Part shown: in pieces, positions 40,905 to 49,021 of the stretch
How positions within the stretch are numbered: the first letter of the stretch is position 1
How the letters are laid out: every line of letters begins with the position of its first letter
IMG/VR virus record: IMGVR_UViG_3300011871_000002
Coordinates: 32,001-96,000 of that record
DNA length: 64,000 nucleotides
Direction: 5' to 3' (one strand)
Source: a virus
Lineage: Duplodnaviria; Caudoviricetes
Position numbers and translations under genes: made by a program
Notes under the pieces: model-generated
What the model saw: only the letters and a program-made list of their open reading frames with translations
What the model was told of the DNA's origin: nothing
The model's database searches: none

Positions 40905-42077
40905 ATGCAAGAGAATCAAGACCTTCAGCAAGGTCAGGTAAATATTCACAAAACTTTTTGCTATCGCCTTCAACCAACAAAAAAGCAAGAACAACAGTTG
41001 AAGCAGTTTGCTGGATGTTGTCGTTTTGTATATAATTGGGGTTTGGCACGTTGGCAAGAACGATACGCAGCTAATGAATCAACTAGCGTTTTTGCTATTA
41101 GCAATGAATTGGTTTTGTTGAAGAAAGAAACTGAATATGCTTGGCTAAATGAATGTTCAGCACAGGCACTGCAACAGTCATTAGCAAATCTTGGTTCAGC
41201 ATTCAAAGCGTTCTTTGAGAAACGTTCCTCTTATCCGGTTTTCAAAAAGAAAGGAAAAAGAGAAGCATTTCGTTTTATGCAATATTTCAAAGTTCTAGAC
41301 AGGCACCTACAGTTACCTTTACTGGGTTTTGTAAAGTATCGAAAAAATCGTCCTGTCGAAGGTACTGTAAAACATGTTACGATATCACTGTCTGGCGAGC
41401 ACTGGTACGCTAGTGTAACTTGTGAAGTCAGAGTTGAAAAGAAGTACAACAATCCAAGAACTATCGTAGGTGTTGATGTTGGCGTAAAGAACTTTGCGAC
41501 AACGTTTGATGGTAATGAATCAAAACACCATCATCATCTTTTAAGCTTGCAACAAGAAACAGATAAACTCAAGAAACTTCAGAGACAGTTTTGTCATAAA
41601 CAGAAAGGATCAAATAACCGTAACAAAGCTCGATTGAAGCTCAGTAAGCAACACCAACGCATTAAACACATTCGCCACGACACCATCCACAAACTCACTA
41701 CTGCATTATGCAAAAACCACGCAGCAGTAGCGGTTGAGGATTTGTGTATCAAACACATGACGAAAAGTGCACGCGGTACAAAAGAGTATCCTGGTAAAAG
41801 AGTAGCCCAAAAACGTGGTCTTAACCGATCCATCGCTCAGCAAGGTTGGGGTATTCTTTTTCGTCAACTACTTTACAAATGTAACTGGTACGGTTCGTTG
41901 TTTGTGTTAGTTTCAGCAAAAAATACCAGTCAGATGTGTCCTTGCTGTGATTTCATTGCAAAAGAAAATAGACCAACACAATCTGGTTTTAAATGCATAG
42001 ACTGTGAATATACACAACACGCCGATATCGTTGGTGCAATGAATATTCGCCGCCGCGGTATGTCGTGTTTTGGCTAG
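40905..42077 (+). CDS. tnpB: TnpB RNA-guided endonuclease (IS200/IS605 family), no tnpA
   Basis: N-terminal HTH (YRLQPT...CRFVYN), RuvC residues GVDVG, AVEDL, HADIVGAMNI, CPCC/CIDC zinc finger; GGAGG RBS; AT-rich. Confidence 0.95.
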   Translation: MQENQDLQQGQVNIHKTFCYRLQPTKKQEQQLKQFAGCCRFVYNWGLARWQERYAANESTSVFAISNELVLLKKETEYAWLNECSAQALQQSLANLGSAFKAFFEKRSSYPVFKKKGKREAFRFMQYFKVLDRHLQLPLLGFVKYRKNRPVEGTVKHVTISLSGEHWYASVTCEVRVEKKYNNPRTIVGVDVGVKNFATTFDGNESKHHHHLLSLQQETDKLKKLQRQFCHKQKGSNNRNKARLKLSKQHQRIKHIRHDTIHKLTTALCKNHAAVAVEDLCIKHMTKSARGTKEYPGKRVAQKRGLNRSIAQQGWGILFRQLLYKCNWYGSLFVLVSAKNTSQMCPCCDFIAKENRPTQSGFKCIDCEYTQHADIVGAMNIRRRGMSCFG

Positions 42078-42191
42078 AGTCTTAAAGGGTCGGGCAGACC
42101 CGGTTCGCCTGTGAAGTGAGGGATGTAGTAGTGTCTCCAGCAGCAGGAATCTCGATTTTAGGGAATGTCATCACGCCACTGAGTAGAGTAA
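42030..42191 (+). ncRNA. Putative omega/reRNA scaffold plus guide (guide about 42172-42191); 5' end uncertain
   Basis: GGGTCGGGCAGACCC hairpin, GCCTGTGAAGTG...CAGCAGCAGGAA scaffold and TTTAGGG..TGTCA right-end remnant typical of IS605-group ends. Confidence 0.7.
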
Positions 42192-42237
42192 CATCTGCTT
42201 CTTAACAATCATTCAAGAAAATAGGAGAATAGCAACT

Positions 42238-42804
42238 ATGGCCGTTTCACTCACCTTTGATCTTCAAAACGCTACGACTGACTGGCAAATCTACTGGCGT
42301 CTCGTGATGGAGAACCCAGAAAGCTTCTTGTCGGATGAACACCGCAAGACCATCCGTGAGCAACTCCCGCAGGAAATTCTCGACATGGAGATCTCGCCTG
42401 CCGAAAAGGAACGAGTCATTACCATGGCCGCGAAAGCGTGGGAGGAAGTCAAGACTCCGTCCAATATCTGGAGAAAGCATATCTACGCTTCTCAGCCGGT
42501 CGCTCGTGAGGAAAAGCCGCTGGCTGAGTACAAGAAAATGTTGCTCGGTGTCGCGGATGAGTTTATTGCTGAAGTCGATAAGATCGCGGAGATAAAGCAA
42601 CGCGTTGCCACGGCCAAGACCTTCCGGGTGAAGTTTTCGCAAGCCTTCCACAACGCCATGGTTAAAGCGCTGGTTAAAGAGAATTATCCGCACCTCAACC
42701 AAGGTGGCACCAGCCAGCGTAAACGTCGTCGTGTCAAGTCGATCATCGCCGCCAATCGCGCTCGTCTCAAAATGAAAATCATCAAGAAAGAAGGGAACAA
42801 GTAA
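42238..42804 (+). CDS. Hypothetical protein with basic C-terminus
   Basis: 188 aa, AGGAG RBS. Confidence 0.75.
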   Translation: MAVSLTFDLQNATTDWQIYWRLVMENPESFLSDEHRKTIREQLPQEILDMEISPAEKERVITMAAKAWEEVKTPSNIWRKHIYASQPVAREEKPLAEYKKMLLGVADEFIAEVDKIAEIKQRVATAKTFRVKFSQAFHNAMVKALVKENYPHLNQGGTSQRKRRRVKSIIAANRARLKMKIIKKEGNK

Positions 42805-42806
42805 TC

Positions 42807-44396
42807 ATGGACAAGAATAAAACAATCTACAAACTCATCGGAAAAGAGTTCGAGATCAAAACGAGCAACATCGAAAAGATCTTGCTGGAAGGCGATTACC
42901 ATGCGATCCCGGCGATCATGTTGGGCATGCGGGTACTGCCGCAGCAAGAGCAAGACGACATCTTCGAGATCGTCTCGAACTGGGTCGCGCACGAAGTTCG
43001 CCGTGGTCGCTTCACCAAGCAAGTGGACGTCGATTCGCGGATGCTGAACGAAGAAGGCGAGCAGTTCCAGGCCATGCTTGACCGGCTCGATCAGGACGGT
43101 TTGCGTAACCCACGCCCGCGTATTAATGCGAAGATGGAATCTGGTTGGAAAGGAGATGATTACGTTTTTTCCCACATTCCACCAGCCCGTGATCTGGGTG
43201 AAAAGTTTCACATCAAGGGTGTGCACCTGACATCCTCAAATATGAAGATGAACAGGCACGTCATTGCGTCGATCAAACCGTGGCTGGCGCAAGGCGATTT
43301 CATCCACCCAAGCCAGCCAGACGTTGATATCGTGAAAGATATTGCAGCCAGCAGTCTCGACCTCGATGGCGACATGTCGACGTCAAAAGGAATCGCACGC
43401 AAACACCTGTCCGCGGTCCAGCCGCGCACCGTAATGCGTGCGACATTGTACACAATTCAAGGTGAAGGTGCTTACATGAAGTTTACGTTCGGTGAAGAAA
43501 AGATCACCCTGTCCAAGGACACGATCGCCACCATCCTCAAAAAAGGTGGCGCCCCGGCAGCCCAGGCCATCACGGGTGAGCGCCACAAGTTTACCCGTGA
43601 AGACTGGGAGCAGTACAATGACGCGATCCTGACCTGGATCAACAAGGATCGCGACGTGAGCGTGGCACCGGCACCGTACGATCTCAATTTCTATGGCATC
43701 GGTTACGGTAGCCAATTCGATGAGTTCGGTGATCCGGCATCCGAGTCCTACCGCACACTGACCTGGACCGACCGGACCAAACGTGACGCCTGCCGGGTAC
43801 CACTCGAAAACCGTACCATGATCGTGACGGAAGACCGTGATGAACATCGCCGTAAGTTGGATGAGATCGTGGAGCGGATGAATATCCAAAATCCGCCGCG
43901 TAGCCTACAACCACCTATCTTCAAGCTGGATATCGGTAACGGTGATAAGCCGCTCAGGCATTTCGGTGTGCTGAGCAGTGTATCGCAAAATCACGCCGCG
44001 AACATGCAGGGCCTGTCTCGTCTGAAACGCCCGCTGACCTACGAAGAACGCTTGAACAACAAGCGCAAGGGTACGCGCAAGAAACTGTTGGCGGCGACGA
44101 TCAGCCCGATCAAGGCGTACGGTGAAATCGAATCGCGCTACAGCAATCCGTATCGCTACATTACCAAGTACTTCAACGGGCAGATGAAAATCAGCGCGTC
44201 GCCAGGCGGGAGCGTCTTCGAACCCAATAACTACCATGGCGTTACGATGGTCCGTATCAAGCATCGTAAGCAAACCGGAGGCTCGATGCGCAAGAAAGCC
44301 AAGTTTCGTTCCCTCACTAGCAATACCAGTTGGATGGGGAATTTGTTCTCATTCAGGGATACGGTTCAGTCTATCCTTGATCAACCATCGCAGTAA
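42807..44396 (+). CDS. Hypothetical protein
   Basis: 529 aa, coupled to the previous gene. Confidence 0.75.
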   Translation: MDKNKTIYKLIGKEFEIKTSNIEKILLEGDYHAIPAIMLGMRVLPQQEQDDIFEIVSNWVAHEVRRGRFTKQVDVDSRMLNEEGEQFQAMLDRLDQDGLRNPRPRINAKMESGWKGDDYVFSHIPPARDLGEKFHIKGVHLTSSNMKMNRHVIASIKPWLAQGDFIHPSQPDVDIVKDIAASSLDLDGDMSTSKGIARKHLSAVQPRTVMRATLYTIQGEGAYMKFTFGEEKITLSKDTIATILKKGGAPAAQAITGERHKFTREDWEQYNDAILTWINKDRDVSVAPAPYDLNFYGIGYGSQFDEFGDPASESYRTLTWTDRTKRDACRVPLENRTMIVTEDRDEHRRKLDEIVERMNIQNPPRSLQPPIFKLDIGNGDKPLRHFGVLSSVSQNHAANMQGLSRLKRPLTYEERLNNKRKGTRKKLLAATISPIKAYGEIESRYSNPYRYITKYFNGQMKISASPGGSVFEPNNYHGVTMVRIKHRKQTGGSMRKKAKFRSLTSNTSWMGNLFSFRDTVQSILDQPSQ

Positions 44397-44429
44397 TTTC
44401 AATCAATTTAATCAAGAAGGAGTTTTACC

Positions 44430-45218
44430 ATGAACCAAGCCAATTCCGATCTGGACCTGTTCGCCACCATCTACGAAGACGTGGAGCGTCGCAAGCAAGA
44501 GCGCCAAGCGCAAGACACCGCCGACAAGCGCGCCGACTTCACGCTGGAAGACCTGTGGCACTTCCGCCCCGGCCACGAGGCCGAGCTGTCGTTCTCGCTG
44601 TTCCGCAACCACGAACGCGAGCGCATGGCTGAACGCATCGAGCACCGCCAGCGGCGCGCCACCCTCATCGCCGACACGTTCTACGACATCATCATCAAGG
44701 TGACCGAAGAAGACACCGGCCGGGCGTTCTTCACGGATGCTGGCGAAGAGCGTAGTAATCTTGCGCTTGTGCTGCACGACGCCGCCCTGTTCGACTACCG
44801 TGGCATAAACTTCGACCGGACGTTCGACATCATCGAGTTCTCGCTCACCCACGAGAACCCGGTGTTCGTCTACGAAGCCGTCACCTGGCTCGTATCCAAC
44901 GTCATCCAGCCGGCAATGTCAGTACCCGCCGCGAACGAGAAGTATGAAATGCTGATGAGGACGGTTGGCGTCGACGCACCCAACTTCGTGCAGATGCTGC
45001 ACGATGCGTTCATGCTGAACGAGGGCTTCGAATCCAAGCGCCTCGGCAAAACGGAATACGGTTACGATTTCGACTTCAATGCGTTCGAATCCGACACTGC
45101 CGCCGACGCTGCCCAGAACACCGCAACGCCCGATCCTTCGACCACCAGTGACAAGCCGGAATCGACCGTCGTCGTCGATGCCAAGCCGGTGCAAGAAGGT
45201 GCGCACCAGCAGAAGTAA
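44430..45218 (+). CDS. Hypothetical protein
   Basis: 262 aa, AAGGAG RBS, codon bias. Confidence 0.75.
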   Translation: MNQANSDLDLFATIYEDVERRKQERQAQDTADKRADFTLEDLWHFRPGHEAELSFSLFRNHERERMAERIEHRQRRATLIADTFYDIIIKVTEEDTGRAFFTDAGEERSNLALVLHDAALFDYRGINFDRTFDIIEFSLTHENPVFVYEAVTWLVSNVIQPAMSVPAANEKYEMLMRTVGVDAPNFVQMLHDAFMLNEGFESKRLGKTEYGYDFDFNAFESDTAADAAQNTATPDPSTTSDKPESTVVVDAKPVQEGAHQQK

Positions 45219-45373
45219 GAATTAACACAACCAGCGTGGGGTATGAAAGCCCCACACATTTCTTAAAGGAAAAGAGCATGTAGCCGTTTGTCTGTTTTCG
45301 TGCAACACCCACGTAGACCTTTACTGTTACCGCTTTGGTAACTTGGATTGACTTCTTTTGGAAGGAAGAAAAA

Positions 45374-46123
45374 ATGGAAAAGAATTCCGAGATCGCAGCA
45401 CAAATGAACGACTTCGTGTCGCTCTTCAATCGCATCGAGAAAACCCTGAGCTTTAACCGCCAGTGGCTCGGTGAAAAAGGTACGCTCGCCGGCGTCGTTA
45501 CCGACGAGAACCATCGCCTGATCATGGAACACGGCGAACTGGCCCGTACCACTGACCAGTACAAGCGCAAGGTCATCCTGATCGGCACCCATTTCGGCCT
45601 CGTCGCAGTGTATCCAACCATGATCCAACCGAGCCGCTCGGGCCTGCCGACACTGTCGTACTACATGACCGAAAGCCTCGCCAGCGCCTTCGGCCTGTAC
45701 GCTGGTAGTGGCACCGCACTGCCGGTCACGGCAAAGCTGGTCGACCACCTGGACTTCCCGGTGCTCGATACTGAAGCGCTGTTAAAGCTGGTCGGTGAAA
45801 TCGCCGAGTACTACCAAGAGCGCCACATGTACGTGGGCGATGGCATGAAGAAAGCCAAAGCCAAACGCACCTTCCACAAGAAGCCGGCCCAAGCGAAGAA
45901 GCCGGAAGCAGCAACTAACAAGACCAACAACCAGCCGAAGAAGCACGGCAAACCCAAGCCGAACAAACAAAAGCAGGTAAGCAAGACGAAACCGGCAGAA
46001 ACGCAGGAAATCGGCATCATGGAATTCGGCACCACAACGGTGACCCCTGAAGACCTAACACCGCCAGCCGCGGCATCGATGGAAACTGCGAAGTTCGACG
46101 ACGCAGCTGCACTGGCCGCATAG
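45374..46123 (+). CDS. Hypothetical protein with Lys/Pro-rich, histone-like segment
   Basis: ATG 45374 with AAGGA RBS; KKAKAKRTFHKKPAQAKKP... region. Confidence 0.75.
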   Translation: MEKNSEIAAQMNDFVSLFNRIEKTLSFNRQWLGEKGTLAGVVTDENHRLIMEHGELARTTDQYKRKVILIGTHFGLVAVYPTMIQPSRSGLPTLSYYMTESLASAFGLYAGSGTALPVTAKLVDHLDFPVLDTEALLKLVGEIAEYYQERHMYVGDGMKKAKAKRTFHKKPAQAKKPEAATNKTNNQPKKHGKPKPNKQKQVSKTKPAETQEIGIMEFGTTTVTPEDLTPPAAASMETAKFDDAAALAA

Positions 46124-46126
46124 TGC

Positions 46127-46215
46127 GGCATAAAGAGCTAGGGAATATCCTAGCTCTTTTTTTTTTGTCTATTCGGCAAAGGAGGACGGGAAACCCCGTC
46201 CTCGGTTTTATGCCG
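46127..46215. terminator. Tandem terminators flanked by CGGCATAA and TTATGCCG
   Basis: AAAGAGCTAGG/CCTAGCTCTTT plus poly-T; GAGGACGGG/CCCGTCCTC. Confidence 0.8.
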
Positions 46216-46220
46216 CACGT

Positions 46221-47030
46221 TTAACGGTGGCCACCCACCAGCTTGCGTAAGAAACGGGTGTGCGATTCCACATCGTTCATGAGTGCAATCTTGGCCCACT
46301 TGGTTTTCAAGTAGGTACGGTAGAGTTCGTTACATTCGCGATACTCTTCCACCATGGTCTTGATCGCGCCGAGTTCTTTACCACCCACCAGCACCCCCAT
46401 GTCCATTTCCAGAATGAGTTCTTTGTAGATGTGGCTCTTGACCGCATAGAGCACGAGTTCTGAAAATGCCAGGTAACTCTTCAGTTGCAGGTGGCCCATC
46501 TGTTCGTCGTTAGCGAGCAGGCAGCGCAAGAAGCAATATCCTGGCATCATGATGGGGTCACGCACGGCTACCACGTTTTCACCGATGAGGGAAATCTTGG
46601 CGGTGGAAATGTTAGGAATATTGCCATGCGCATCCATCATGCCTTGCGCCAGGTTCATGATGGCCGAACCCGAGGCAGTGGCCATGCCGCCTGCGTAGTT
46701 GAGCGAATCTGGACTCGTGAAGGTGATGTTCATCACCGACAAAATACTGCGCCCTTGCGTCAAGGATTTGGGAATCCGGTACACGGTAGCGAAGTCTTGG
46801 GTCTTATCGGTCTGTAAGCCAGCCAGATTGATGTACGTTTCCGTACCCCCCATGAGGTTGCAATCCACCATCACGCGTGGTCGAATCACTTCATGCATGA
46901 TCCGTTCGTCGAGCGACACAGGTGGTGCGTTTCCCCACAAGCTGGCGTGTTGGGGTTTGAACGCGAGGTCGAGAATACGCAAGGGAATCTCGCGTTTGCA
47001 CTCGTCGATCGCTTTTGAAATAGGGTTCAT
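46221..47030 (-). CDS. Conserved phiKZ-like protein next to tubulin, probably structural
   Basis: 269 aa, AGGAGG RBS, divergent from phuZ. Confidence 0.65.
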   Translation of the reverse strand: MNPISKAIDECKREIPLRILDLAFKPQHASLWGNAPPVSLDERIMHEVIRPRVMVDCNLMGGTETYINLAGLQTDKTQDFATVYRIPKSLTQGRSILSVMNITFTSPDSLNYAGGMATASGSAIMNLAQGMMDAHGNIPNISTAKISLIGENVVAVRDPIMMPGYCFLRCLLANDEQMGHLQLKSYLAFSELVLYAVKSHIYKELILEMDMGVLVGGKELGAIKTMVEEYRECNELYRTYLKTKWAKIALMNDVESHTRFLRKLVGGHR

Positions 47031-47051
47031 ATACCCCTCCTAAAAAGATTT

Positions 47052-47064
47052 AACCACATATTAC
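47052..47064 (+). promoter_or_regulatory. Putative early promoter AACCACATATTAC
   Basis: Motif copy upstream of phuZ. Confidence 0.7.
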
Positions 47065-47169
47065 CCTTGTGAAGTCACATACGATTTCAATTGTCGTAGC
47101 ACTATTTTTTAACAACGTTGTGCTAGGTTATGTACCAAACGCAACACCATAACGAAAGAGGAAAGAAAC

Positions 47170-48183
47170 ATGAACGAACAAAAGAAAACCGGTACTGTCC
47201 AACTGTTTGCCAATGGCGGCTTGGGCTTCAACATCGGTGCCCAGCTGCAAGCCTTCTGTGACAACAGCGTCGCCGGTGCCGCGCACCTGAAGATCGGCTA
47301 CATCGACACGTCGGATTCGAACATGACCGACACGATCGACGCCAGCAACTGCTACTTCCTGCCGAAAACCGACGGCTCCGGCAAGAACCAGGGCGAACAC
47401 CTCGACCTGATCGACCAGCACGCCAAGCAGATCCTGCAAAAGTTCCCGCCATCGAACGACCTGAACATCGTCCTGTCCTCGGCCGGCGGCGGCTCCGGCG
47501 CCGTGATCAGCAGCACGCTCGCCTCGATCATGATCGAGGAAGGCCACAACGTGATCGCGATCGTGGTCGGTTCGACCGGTGACCTGAAAGAAATCCGCAA
47601 CACCAAGAACGTCATCACGACCTACCAGAACGTCTCCGACGAACTGGGCAAGCCGATCTCGATGGCCTACTTCCAGAACAGCGAAGCCACCCCGCAAGCG
47701 AAGGTCGACCGCGCGATCGTGTCCCTGGTCGGCGCCCTGTGCGTGCTGTTCTCGCGCCAGAACCACGGCATGGACCGCCAAGACCTGAAGCACTGGCTCC
47801 AGTTCAGCGAGAAGAAGATCACCAACTACGGCCCGCGCCTGGCACTGCTGAGCATGTTCGAAGGCAACCAGCCGCTCGGCGACATCGGCGCTGTCATCAG
47901 CGTAGCCACCCTGACCAACGCACAGTCGGGCAGCGGCATCTCGCAGACGCCAGAATACCAGTGCGTCGGCGTGATCCCGGACTACGCGGACAAGGTCGTC
48001 ATCGGTGCCGCGCCCGTGCACTTCGTCAACTCGACCGGCAAGTTCGCCAGCATCAAGGACTCGCTCGACGAGATGAAGAAGAACATCGACCGGCAGCGTG
48101 AAGCGTTGGTCGAAGAAGAATCGGTGAACCTGGCCGCAGTCAAGGGCAAGGCAAACCGCCGGGGCATCGTCGTTGACGATTAA
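47170..48183 (+). CDS. phuZ: Phage tubulin PhuZ
   Basis: GGLGFNIG, IDTSDSN, GSGK, tubulin signature GGGSG; C-terminal GIVVDD knuckle. Confidence 0.95.
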   Translation: MNEQKKTGTVQLFANGGLGFNIGAQLQAFCDNSVAGAAHLKIGYIDTSDSNMTDTIDASNCYFLPKTDGSGKNQGEHLDLIDQHAKQILQKFPPSNDLNIVLSSAGGGSGAVISSTLASIMIEEGHNVIAIVVGSTGDLKEIRNTKNVITTYQNVSDELGKPISMAYFQNSEATPQAKVDRAIVSLVGALCVLFSRQNHGMDRQDLKHWLQFSEKKITNYGPRLALLSMFEGNQPLGDIGAVISVATLTNAQSGSGISQTPEYQCVGVIPDYADKVVIGAAPVHFVNSTGKFASIKDSLDEMKKNIDRQREALVEEESVNLAAVKGKANRRGIVVDD

Positions 48184-48583
48184 ACCCCGCATCCTGGTGT
48201 TAGGGGGTGGCCGGCTCGGCGTGGAATTACTTGTCCGGTTAAGGGAGATGGCGGATGTGGTAGTTTACCACCCCGACGAAGTCGCTTTGGTTGATGAAGC
48301 CATCGAGGACAAAGTCGCCCAGCTCGAAGAGTTGTGTGCGCCTCACTTCTCCCCTGTGCCCCGTCTCGCTGAGCAGTTTGACAAATGTCTTCCTGCGTAT
48401 ATCGACTATGGCTGGGGCACTGACCCGGCTGTGCTGTCGAGACCCATCGAGAACACCATGCCTACCAATCCCCGTGTGTGGTCAACACGGGGACAAAGCG
48501 ACAACCTCCGGAATGCCGGCTGCCACAAGGTAAAGGGCCTTGTCAGGCAAGTGATCATGCCGGTCCGTCGTGTACGTGTTTAA
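48173..48583 (+). CDS. Hypothetical protein with Rossmann-like N-terminus
   Basis: ILVLGGGRLG; TTG start overlapping the phuZ stop. Confidence 0.5.
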   Translation: MTIKPRILVLGGGRLGVELLVRLREMADVVVYHPDEVALVDEAIEDKVAQLEELCAPHFSPVPRLAEQFDKCLPAYIDYGWGTDPAVLSRPIENTMPTNPRVWSTRGQSDNLRNAGCHKVKGLVRQVIMPVRRVRV

Positions 48584-48721
48584 AAAATAGGCTTTAGACC
48601 GTAGCAAAGGCGAGTGCCACCATCACTTCGCGCCCAAAGGTAACTTGACCCTTTTCGCAATTGACAACCTGCCTCCACCGGAGGGCAGAGGTCGCGTTAC
48701 ACTTGATCAGTTCCGCCCGGA

Positions 48722-48879
48722 GGTCACCGCGCTACTTAGACAGACTGAGTAGCCGCTGAGCCAGACGCCGAGTACTCGATCTGAAACGCAATGACCAGCA
48801 AGGGAGAGGGATAATTCGAGCCGCTGACCACATTCGTGTGGAAAGCATCTAGTGCCGTCACGCCCCTCCCCTTGCACCA
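48722..48879 (+). ncRNA. Two tandem structured RNA modules
   Basis: GGTCA/TGACC and GCAAGGG/CCCTTGC closing stems, both ending ACCA; shared AGCCGCTGA-stem-AAA core. Confidence 0.45.
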
Positions 48880-48898
48880 CCGCAGTAGTTATATCAAA

Positions 48899-49002
48899 GT
48901 CGAGACGGGCGGATGTTGGTGGACGCACAGCCAAAGATGGGAAACCATGCGAGTAGCTGCGATCCTTTTTAGGACCCGGAGGTTCGATTCCTCCTCTCGA
49001 CA
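48899..49002 (+). ncRNA. tRNA-like RNA with no canonical anticodon loop
   Basis: Acceptor GTCGAGA/TCTCGAC-A; T arm GGAGG-TTCGATT-CCTCC; class II-like D arm; long variable arm; 24-nt insert in the anticodon arm. Confidence 0.75.
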
Positions 49003-49021
49003 TCATTGAAATGAATAAAAC

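Noticed and set aside
48755-48846. CTGA...stem...GAAA patterns resembling hammerhead ribozymes
   Set aside because: The required CUGANGA core and a stem I after an NUH triplet cannot be built; kept only as an unknown motif
48899-49002. Canonical tRNA or tmRNA call
   Set aside because: No 7-nt anticodon loop and no tag ORF or tmRNA-length insert; reported as tRNA-like
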